The translations under genes and the position numbers were made by a program. This document shows positions 25,901 through 34,014 of a DNA stretch of 64,000 bases, in pieces. The notes below the pieces were generated by a model. The model saw only the letters and a program-made list of their open reading frames with translations, was not told where the DNA came from and ran no database searches. The DNA comes from Eubacteriales bacterium (GTDB taxonomy: Bacteria > Bacillota > Clostridia > Oscillospirales > CAG-272). Within the stretch, counting starts at the first letter, position 1, and every line of letters begins with the position of its first letter. Location of the stretch: contig JAZQYP010000065.1 of NCBI GenBank assembly GCA_045633625.1, positions 135,665-199,664 on the forward strand. The letters are read 5' to 3'.

Positions 25901-26953
25901 TTAATGTGGGTTGCGATTGTAGCTGCCTGTATTGCCTGTGTTGTAGCTGCCCGAGTAGGTACCCGAGTTGCCACCGCCCGAGCCATTGCCTCCGCCGAAG
26001 CCTCCACCCGTATAACCGCCATTATCGTTGTTGTCTTTGTTGTTCTTATTCTTCTTGTTTTGCTTTATACCGTTGATTATAAGGTAGATCGCAACGCCTG
26101 CGAATATAAGGAGAATTATAATGTGAAAAATGTCTGTGATAAATAATGTTTTACCGAATACGTTCTCCATAGTGTCAACAACTATGACTGTAGGAATATC
26201 TGTAGCCTCGGTAAAGTCTGCAAGAGCGAGGTCTACGGTCTCGTTAGTAATTGAAATATTAGAATAGTTAACAACGCGAGAGGGCGCGGGATCGGTGTTT
26301 GAAACCTCGCGTCTGAAGGATGAGGAAAGTCCAAGTCTTTCTACGTTTACTGTCATCTTATCCATCATCATTGCAAGATTTGACGAGAGCGAGAACTCAT
26401 AGTATTCGCTGTTGATAGAGCCGCGTACCGTCTGACCGAATGCCGTATATTCGTCACCGAACATAGCGTTTATCTCGCTTGCAATATTGTTTCCCACCCA
26501 CGCAATGCAGTAATATTCGTTGCACTCCTCGTTGGTGAGGAAGACGAGAAGAATATTATTCTCATACGCAGTGTGAGCTGCAAATTCCTCTGAATACCTC
26601 ATGTCCGCATAATTTTGGAACTGCGCCTCGTCATATTTAATTGTGCCGCCGTTAGCTACGTTAGTAACCGACGAGCCGATTATCGAGAAAAGCATTACTG
26701 CGACTACCAAAAGCATTATAACAGGGAACATTATCATTCCAAGCAGACCGCCGAGACAGCCACCTCCGCCATAATATCTGCGTCGACCGTACCAGCCGAA
26801 ATGCGGGCCGTGAAAATGTGGGCCGTGAAAATGCGGTCCGCGAGGTCCGCCTCCAAAGCTACCTCCGCCGAAGCCACCGCCTCCACCGAAGCCGCCTCCT
26901 CTTGAGCCTCCTCCAAATCCGCCACCGCGGGATCCTCCACCTGGTCCTGGCAT
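25901..26953 (-). CDS. two-TM membrane protein with Gly-rich (RGG/FGG) N- and C-terminal tails, possibly TPM-like central domain
   Basis: 350 aa. N-terminus is PGGGSRGGGFGGG..., then (GPHFH)x3, TM, a ~190-aa domain, TM, and KNKNNKDNN + a GGYTGGGFGGGNGSGGG tail. AGAGAGG RBS. Confidence 0.65.
   Translation of the reverse strand: MPGPGGGSRGGGFGGGSRGGGFGGGGGFGGGSFGGGPRGPHFHGPHFHGPHFGWYGRRRYYGGGGCLGGLLGMIMFPVIMLLVVAVMLFSIIGSSVTNVANGGTIKYDEAQFQNYADMRYSEEFAAHTAYENNILLVFLTNEECNEYYCIAWVGNNIASEINAMFGDEYTAFGQTVRGSINSEYYEFSLSSNLAMMMDKMTVNVERLGLSSSFRREVSNTDPAPSRVVNYSNISITNETVDLALADFTEATDIPTVIVVDTMENVFGKTLFITDIFHIIILLIFAGVAIYLIINGIKQNKKNKNNKDNNDNGGYTGGGFGGGNGSGGGNSGTYSGSYNTGNTGSYNRNPH
26798..26839 (-). 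repeat. three in-frame 15-bp repeats encoding GPHFH
   Basis: + strand reads gaaatgcgggccgtgaaaatgtgggccgtgaaaatgcggtcc. Confidence 0.9.
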
Positions 26954-26982
26954 AATTAATTACCTCTCTTTCTGATAAGTCG

Positions 26983-27594
26983 TTATTTTATTTCTTCAAA
27001 GTCCGATGCGGGATGCTTGCAAAGAGGGCATACGTAGTCCGCGGGAAGAGTCTCCCCCTCATAAACGTAGCCGCATATCTTGCATACGTAGCCCTTCTTC
27101 TTGGGTGCATTTGGCTTGGGCTTGACGTGAGCGAAGTAGTAAGAGTACGTCATCGTTGGCTCTTTGGTGAGGTTATGTGCCTCTGTGAGCGTGCAGACGA
27201 ACATTCCGTGCGTGTCAAGATCAACGTAGCTCTCAACCTTAAGGGATATAAATGAATTGATATAATCAGTCATAACAGCAAGACCGTTTTGCGAATGGAA
27301 TATCTTCATTCCCTCAAATTTATTTGTGTCGCGGCCACTCTTAAAGCCAAATCTCTCAAAGATAGAGAAGGGCGCTTCCTCTGTGAGCACGTTTACGTTG
27401 AGCACACCGCTCCCCTTTATGACGTCGTGCGAATAATTATTCTTGTTTATTACCACACCTACGCGGTTGGGCGTGTTTGTGAGCTGAATAACAGAATTCA
27501 GGATACAGCCGTTGTCCTTAACACCGTCGTTTGACGTTACAACGTAAAGACCGTAGCCGATATTAAACAAAGCAGTTACGTCTATATTGTCCAT
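26983..27594 (-). CDS. flavin reductase-like domain fused to C-terminal rubredoxin
   Basis: N-terminal flavin-reductase pattern (YGLYVVTS..DNGCILNSV). C-terminal CKICGYVY...CPLCKHP rubredoxin knuckles. AGGAGG RBS. Confidence 0.8.
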   Translation of the reverse strand: MDNIDVTALFNIGYGLYVVTSNDGVKDNGCILNSVIQLTNTPNRVGVVINKNNYSHDVIKGSGVLNVNVLTEEAPFSIFERFGFKSGRDTNKFEGMKIFHSQNGLAVMTDYINSFISLKVESYVDLDTHGMFVCTLTEAHNLTKEPTMTYSYYFAHVKPKPNAPKKKGYVCKICGYVYEGETLPADYVCPLCKHPASDFEEIK

Positions 27595-27650
27595 AAATTA
27601 CCTCCTTGTGTTATTTTACTTATTTTACCATATATTTTTCTAATAGTCAA

Positions 27651-27684
27651 TAAAAATACTACCGCTTTTGCGGTAGTATTTTTG
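27651..27684 (-). terminator. rho-independent terminator after eno
   Basis: aatactaccgc-tttt-gcggtagtatt flanked by A and T runs. Confidence 0.8.
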
Positions 27685-27686
27685 TT

Positions 27687-28955
<1,269 letters not shown>

Positions 28956-29108
28956 CTACCTTCTTTCGTATTAAATTTTACGAATTTAGTATTGGCACAG
29001 GCAGGTAAAAATATACTGTAAACCAACAGTTGAGGGTATCGAAAAGTAGTTTGTTGACTTAATAAAGCATATATGCTATAATTGGAACAAAGAGATGGAG
29101 GTGACGAT

Positions 29109-29876
29109 ATGGCTTCAAGACGAAAAATTCATAAGACGCCTGCTTTTAGTGAAAAGGATCTCGTTGAAGGCGGCATTTATAAACCGAAGGATAAAAGAAG
29201 TATTTTTGCTTCGATCAATGAAATCCTTGCTATTGTTATGGGCTTTATACTGTTAGGACTTTGCGGAATTATAATAGTGATAGGGTTGATCTTTTTCATA
29301 TATGCATTTCAGACGACAGGTGTTGTAATAATTCTTATTGGTGGCATATTGTTTACATATATAGTTCTTTTGCGCTCATTGCGAAAGAGAATGAGGTTTG
29401 TGCGAAAGCTCAAGAAAAAATGCAAAAAATATGGCTTTAAAATTGAGAAAAAAAGAGGAGTTTTTCGCGGACTTAAGCTAAATAAAGAGGGATTTGATCT
29501 TATAATAACCGCTCCTCATACAAGATACTACATCAGATTTTTCACACCTCGCCGTCATAAATCCCATATTACGATATATGATGAAAATACCGTAGAGATT
29601 AAGACTAACATTCATAACAGTCGATGGAAATTTATCCTTGGGCTTGATAAAGTTAAGGTTAGACGAATGGCATACTCCTATAGTGACGCAGTAAACGAGG
29701 GAGTGCTTCGTGCAAAAAAAGTGCTTCTTGTAAACCCTGTACCGCATAGTATGTTCAAAAAGGATAGCGACGGTGCCGTGATACCCATAGGAACGGGCGA
29801 GAGGCTTTATGATTATACGATCTTCTCGGGTAGTGGATTTATAAACGAGCTTCAAAGAGAATATGAAAAAAGATAG
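29109..29876 (+). CDS. hypothetical 2-TM membrane protein with very basic juxtamembrane segment
   Basis: ATG lies 5 nt after GGAGGTGA. TTGACT-17-TATAAT lies upstream (~29054-29082). It is AT-rich and uses TTA/ATA/AGA codons that are rare in the neighbouring genes. Confidence 0.55.
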   Translation: MASRRKIHKTPAFSEKDLVEGGIYKPKDKRSIFASINEILAIVMGFILLGLCGIIIVIGLIFFIYAFQTTGVVIILIGGILFTYIVLLRSLRKRMRFVRKLKKKCKKYGFKIEKKRGVFRGLKLNKEGFDLIITAPHTRYYIRFFTPRRHKSHITIYDENTVEIKTNIHNSRWKFILGLDKVKVRRMAYSYSDAVNEGVLRAKKVLLVNPVPHSMFKKDSDGAVIPIGTGERLYDYTIFSGSGFINELQREYEKR

Positions 29877-29900
29877 GCTGAATTTCAGCCTATCTTTTTT
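29865..29900. terminator. bidirectional terminator
   Basis: gataggctga-att-tcagcctatc followed by tttttttt. It overlaps the stop codon. Confidence 0.8.
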
Positions 29901-29903
29901 TTA

Positions 29904-31091
29904 TTAAAGTACTCTATATACCGAAATAACCTTGTCGCCAAGCTTTGCCTTGAGTGCATCGGTATCCGACTCACTCATAGGAGCTGTGAGGACTGCATAC
30001 ACATCGTCAACAATAACAGCCTTTTCGGTCGTCTCTACGTTTGCTTCCTTGTTAAGCACAAAGACTCTCTTTGCGGTGTGAGCCGAGAAATCGGCAAGAG
30101 ACTCTGCATTTGCCGCTACCCACTCTACCTTCTTTGCGTCCTCGGTCTTAACACTCATAATATCGATAATGTCTGCAACTACAGCACTTGCCGTGGGAAG
30201 CTTGCCCGCACCGGGTCCGTAGAACATTACCTCACCAACCATATCGGCGGTGATAAGGATTCCGTTGAAAACGTCATTTATCGTTGAAAGAGGACAAGAG
30301 AGGGGCACCATATGGGGTGCAACGTAGGCCGTCAGACCGTCCTTCGTCGATGCATAGCCGATAAGCTTTATAGCCATACCGAGCGCTGCGGCTACCTTCG
30401 TGTCGGTGAGAGTTATTTTTGTAATGCCCTCGGTGTGTATCGTCTTAGGGTCAATAAGCATGCCCGAAGCGAGAGCTGCGAGGATAACTATCTTTCTTGC
30501 CGCATCTATACCGTCAACGTCGGCAGAGGGATTAGCCTCGGCATAGCCGAGCTCCTGTGCCTTCTTAAGTGCCGCATCAAAGGACTCACCCTCGTCGCGC
30601 ATCTTCGTGAGGATATAGTTAGTCGTTCCGTTGAGTATCCCGCATATTTTGGTGATATTGTTAGACGCGAGATCGTTTATCATAGGGCGTATAACGGGAA
30701 TACCGCCGCCAACGCTCGCCTCAAACAAGTATCTGACGCCATTCTCGGCAGCCGTCTTGCAAAGCTCTACACCGAAGGTGGAAACAACCTCTTTGTTAGA
30801 GGTAACAACGTGCTTGCCAGCCTTGAGTGCGGCAAGAGAGAAGTCGTACGCGGGGTGAGAGCCACCCATCATCTCTGCAACGATGGAGACCTCGGGGTCG
30901 TTAAGAATTATATTAAAATCGTGAATTACCTTATCTGAGAAGGGGCTGTCGGGGAAGTCTCTAAGATCAAGAATATACTTGATATTGTACTCACAGCCGC
31001 AGCGAGCCTCGATTATCTTCTGATTTGCCGTGAGTACCTCGGCAGTTCCGCTACCGACCACGCCAAATCCGAGAATGGCAATATTTATCAT
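29904..31091 (-). CDS. hom: homoserine dehydrogenase
   Basis: MINIAILGFGVVGSG NAD-binding start (AGGAGG RBS). It also has the homoserine-DH central region and a C-terminal ACT-like tail. The ORF-track start at 31184 is rejected. Confidence 0.9.
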   Translation of the reverse strand: MINIAILGFGVVGSGTAEVLTANQKIIEARCGCEYNIKYILDLRDFPDSPFSDKVIHDFNIILNDPEVSIVAEMMGGSHPAYDFSLAALKAGKHVVTSNKEVVSTFGVELCKTAAENGVRYLFEASVGGGIPVIRPMINDLASNNITKICGILNGTTNYILTKMRDEGESFDAALKKAQELGYAEANPSADVDGIDAARKIVILAALASGMLIDPKTIHTEGITKITLTDTKVAAALGMAIKLIGYASTKDGLTAYVAPHMVPLSCPLSTINDVFNGILITADMVGEVMFYGPGAGKLPTASAVVADIIDIMSVKTEDAKKVEWVAANAESLADFSAHTAKRVFVLNKEANVETTEKAVIVDDVYAVLTAPMSESDTDALKAKLGDKVISVYRVL

Positions 31092-31220
31092 AATGTGCCT
31101 CCTTGTGAATAGATAGTAATATAATAACACATTTTTTCTCAAATTGCAAATATATATTGAAAAAAAAACGAAAATATGATACAATTTATTTATGAATTTT
31201 TGAGTGAAGGGTGGTTTTCT

Positions 31221-31769
31221 ATGTATTCACCGATAGGAAGCATGAAAAACGTAAAGATATTTGTTCTTTACCTTATGGAAAATATAAATTATCCGCTTGA
31301 TTTTATAACTATAAACGATATCGTAATGCAGACCGATTTCGTTATGTACCTTGATTTTGCCGAGGGCTTCGGCGAGATGCTTGACGGAGACCTTATTGAG
31401 AAGCTTGAGATCGACGGAGAAGAGCTTTATATGGTAACCGAAAAGGGAAGATGCGTTGCTCGCGAGCTCAACGGGGATATCCTTACAAGTATACTCGATC
31501 AGAGCCTTGCACGCGCCTTCAGGTATCTTGATTTCAAGAAGCGCGGCATCGTTTGCAAGTGCGAGATAACGGAGCTTGACGAGGATAAGAAGTACGAGGT
31601 CTATTGCTACTTTAAGGAGAAGGGTAAGGAGATATTCTCGCTTCGCTACACCGTTGACACCCTTGACCGCGCAAAACGAATGAAGGATAACTTCTACGAG
31701 CGTCCCGAGGCAATATATCGGGGAATGCACGCACTTATGGCAGGAAACGTCAATTATCTTTTCGACTAA
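31221..31769 (+). CDS. hypothetical protein (DUF4364-like, tentative)
   Basis: 182 aa starting at MYSPIG. The family assignment is from memory only. Confidence 0.45.
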   Translation: MYSPIGSMKNVKIFVLYLMENINYPLDFITINDIVMQTDFVMYLDFAEGFGEMLDGDLIEKLEIDGEELYMVTEKGRCVARELNGDILTSILDQSLARAFRYLDFKKRGIVCKCEITELDEDKKYEVYCYFKEKGKEIFSLRYTVDTLDRAKRMKDNFYERPEAIYRGMHALMAGNVNYLFD

Positions 31770-31928
31770 AAAGCTTCTCGACTTTTGTCAAAAATGCACA
31801 AATTTTAATATTTAGTAAAAAAAATGTGAAATAATTTTACCAAAACTATTGACATTGTACAAAAAAATGATATAATTAAATGGTATAGTATGATATTTAG
31901 GGTAACTGTATCCTAATGGGAGAAGTGT

Positions 31929-32504
31929 ATGAAGGACGGCGAAAATAACTCTGTGACAATGGCTCTTATCGAAAAGGTAAGAGAGGGAGATCAAGAGGCG
32001 TTTTCAGAGATTCTTGAAAGATACAGACCATTGCTTCAATCCCAGGTATCAAAATTCACAAATGACGATCTTACCAAGGAGCTCTACGAGGATCTGCTTC
32101 AGGAGGCGACTATCGTGTTTTACAACGCGATTTTGGGCTTCGACCTTATGCAGAAGGACGTGGAATTTGGACTTTATGCTCGCATTTGTATATACAATGC
32201 GCTTGTCTCGCAGATGCGAGTCATAAGCCGCAGAAAAGCAGAGCAGCCGACAGAGCTTGATAACAATGCCTTTATGGAGAGTATTACCGAGGATCCTGCC
32301 GTCAATATCGTTGAGGCAGAGAATTTAAGGGAGATATATTCGTCTATAAAGAAGAATCTTTCAGAGTATGAATATACTATTTGGCATAGTTATATGCTTG
32401 GAAAGACAGCAAAGGAGATAGGCGAGGCACTCGGCAAGGGCGAAAGATCTGTAAGTAATGCTATCTACCGCATACGCAAGAAGCTTCGCGCACTGCTTGG
32501 ATAA
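31929..32504 (+). CDS. sigma-70 family RNA polymerase sigma factor (regions 2 and 4 only; SigH-like pattern)
   Basis: REGDQEAFSEILERYRPLL, LLQEATIVFYNAI..F......F..YARICIYNAL, and a C-terminal HTH (KTAKEIGEALGKGERSVSNAIYRIRKKL). Confidence 0.75.
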   Translation: MKDGENNSVTMALIEKVREGDQEAFSEILERYRPLLQSQVSKFTNDDLTKELYEDLLQEATIVFYNAILGFDLMQKDVEFGLYARICIYNALVSQMRVISRRKAEQPTELDNNAFMESITEDPAVNIVEAENLREIYSSIKKNLSEYEYTIWHSYMLGKTAKEIGEALGKGERSVSNAIYRIRKKLRALLG

Positions 32505-32627
32505 CTTGATTGAAAAGGCAAAGCCTTTCAATATAAACCCTGACAATTCAGGACGCTCACTGTTAGTTTTAACTGTCGGGTACTGGTTTTAGGGAAAAAT
32601 ACCATTTTCAAAGTGAGGTAAAATTCC

Positions 32628-32945
32628 ATGTACGAAGAAGAAAAAGTTGGAGTCGAGAACGAGGAGTTTGTAGATGAGACTCTTGTTTGCAAGGATTGCG
32701 GAAACGAGTTTGTTTTCACAGCTGGCGAGCAGAGATTCTACAAAGAGAAAGGCTTCATGAACAAGCCCAAGGCTTGCAAGGCTTGTCGCGATGCTAAGAA
32801 GAACGCTACAAAGGCTCCCCGCGAGTACTTCGAGACAGTTTGTGCACAGTGTGGCGGTGTTGCAAAGGTAACATTCCAGCCCTCCGAGGACAGACCTGTT
32901 TTCTGCAGCGCATGCTTCGAGGAAAGAAAGAAAGCACAGGGCTGA
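32628..32945 (+). CDS. double CxxC zinc-ribbon protein
   Basis: CKDCGNEF..F.....FY..KGF..P..CKACR and CAQCGG...V.F.P...RPV.CSACF. Confidence 0.75.
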   Translation: MYEEEKVGVENEEFVDETLVCKDCGNEFVFTAGEQRFYKEKGFMNKPKACKACRDAKKNATKAPREYFETVCAQCGGVAKVTFQPSEDRPVFCSACFEERKKAQG

Positions 32946-32983
32946 TTGTCAAAATAAAATTGATGATTTGACCATGCGGTCGT

Positions 32984-33019
32984 AAGAGATGTCATTTTGT
33001 GGCATCTCTTTTCCTTTCT
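32984..33019 (+). terminator. probable terminator of the Zn-ribbon gene
   Basis: aagagatg-11 nt-catctctt followed by ttcctttct. Confidence 0.5.
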
Positions 33020-33037
33020 ATAAAAAGAACGCATACC
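33020..33037. repeat. left arm of an 18-bp perfect inverted repeat (ATAAAAAGAACGCATACC)
   Basis: Its exact reverse complement occurs at 33784-33801. Confidence 0.95.
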
Positions 33038-33077
33038 CAAATGGGTGATGTCCTTATCGGAGAAATCACCTGACGTG

Positions 33078-33125
33078 GTAGGGGCGAACTGCGTTCGCCC
33101 GCGGGCGTTCAAATAACACTCCTAC
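33078..33125. repeat. GC-rich palindromic (REP-like) element
   Basis: gtaGGGGCGAAC-tgc-GTTCGCCCg ... cctac. The core 8-bp stem is at 33082-33100. Confidence 0.6.
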
Positions 33126-33195
33126 GGACAAAAAATTTCGAATAAGAAAACAAAGAGTAACCCCGACAGATGTTCATGGTCTGTCGGGGATATTG

Positions 33196-33519
33196 TCATT
33201 TTTCTGATATAAATGTCCAACGTTCAGAAATATTTTTAGGCATCATTCGCGCGAAGGTATCCGCATCTTTAATAAGATTTTTGTTTCCAAAGTGGAAGAA
33301 AAAGAATTCTCCTTTTCCTTCATTATATCCCAATTGGAATTCAAGTTCTTTCTTAAAATAGGGAAAAACCGGCTTTAATCGTTCGTCAATTGCCCAAACA
33401 AAAGCTGAATCGTGATTAGAAAGACAATTGATTATCCATAATTCTTGTTCTTCAAACCAAGCCCAAAAAGTTCTTGCTGCTGCCTCATTCATAAACTTTT
33501 TAGAAAATAATGAAAACAT
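33196..33519 (-). CDS. hypothetical 107-aa protein, AT-rich
   Basis: MFSLFSKKFMNEAAARTFWAWFEEQE..., with AAGGAG 8 nt upstream. Its GC content is visibly lower than the flanking genes. Confidence 0.55.
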   Translation of the reverse strand: MFSLFSKKFMNEAAARTFWAWFEEQELWIINCLSNHDSAFVWAIDERLKPVFPYFKKELEFQLGYNEGKGEFFFFHFGNKNLIKDADTFARMMPKNISERWTFISEK

Positions 33520-33614
33520 ACTTTTTCTCCTTTTAAGTAAATTATTTTTTCGTTTTATCGCCAGTTTCGCATTTGTATTACAAACGCGTTGGGCAAAGCC
33601 CATACCCCTTTATT

Positions 33615-33689
33615 GTAGGGCGGGGGCTTGCTCCCGCCGCCTTTTCAACGCAAGTCACTCGTCACGGCGGGAGCAAGCCCCCGCCCTAC
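33615..33689. repeat. GC-rich palindromic element: perfect 25-bp inverted repeat with 25-nt loop
   Basis: gtagggcgggggcttgctcccgccg (33615-39) pairs with cggcgggagcaagcccccgccctac (33665-89). Confidence 0.95.
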
Positions 33690-33711
33690 GTTCTGACCCC
33701 ATTATAACACA

Positions 33712-33747
33712 AATCGGCAGAGAAAACAAGTTCTCTGCCGATTTTTT
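33712..33747. terminator. strong hairpin; T-run is on the + strand
   Basis: aatcggcagagaa-aacaag-ttctctgccgatt followed by tttt. On the - strand (downstream of the DUF896 gene) the trailing U-tract is weak (ttgtgtt). Confidence 0.6.
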
Positions 33748-33783
33748 GCGCTTTCAATTTCTCCGTTAAAAACAACAGAGAAA

Positions 33784-33801
33784 GGTATGCGTTCTTTTTA
33801 T
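33784..33801. repeat. right arm of the 18-bp perfect inverted repeat
   Basis: ggtatgcgttctttttat is the reverse complement of 33020-33037. It abuts the stop of the DUF896 gene. Confidence 0.95.
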
Positions 33802-34004
33802 TATTTATCCTTTTTGAGCGACTTGCGTGAGCCGTCGGGGTACTGGATTACCGTATTGTCGAGCATCATTCCCATTGAGATACGGAACTCTGCGATATAC
33901 TCATCGCGGAGCGCCTTCTGCTCGGCTTTTTCCTCGTCGGTAAGTCCTTCAGCCTTCTGCTTGCGCGCCAGCTCGTTAATTCGTGCAACCTTTTCTTTTT
34001 CCAC
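33801..34004 (-). CDS. DUF896 (YnzC/UPF0291-like) small protein
   Basis: A GTG start 5 nt after GAGGTGG gives (M)EKEKVARINELARKQKAEGLTDEEKAEQKALRDEYI. The upstream part of the ORF-track frame overlaps pheT and is rejected. Confidence 0.75.
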   Translation of the reverse strand: MEKEKVARINELARKQKAEGLTDEEKAEQKALRDEYIAEFRISMGMMLDNTVIQYPDGSRKSLKKDK

Positions 34005-34014
34005 GTCCCACCTC

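Noticed and set aside
32738-33112. 124-aa ORF (MNARGRTQFAPT...) on the - strand
   Set aside because: Its 5' part is a translation of the GC-rich hairpin element. The rest is antisense to the Zn-ribbon gene. No RBS is present.
33428-33769. 113-aa ORF on the + strand
   Set aside because: It reads through the 25-bp perfect palindrome and runs antisense to the 107-aa ORF. This is an artefact of the repeat element.
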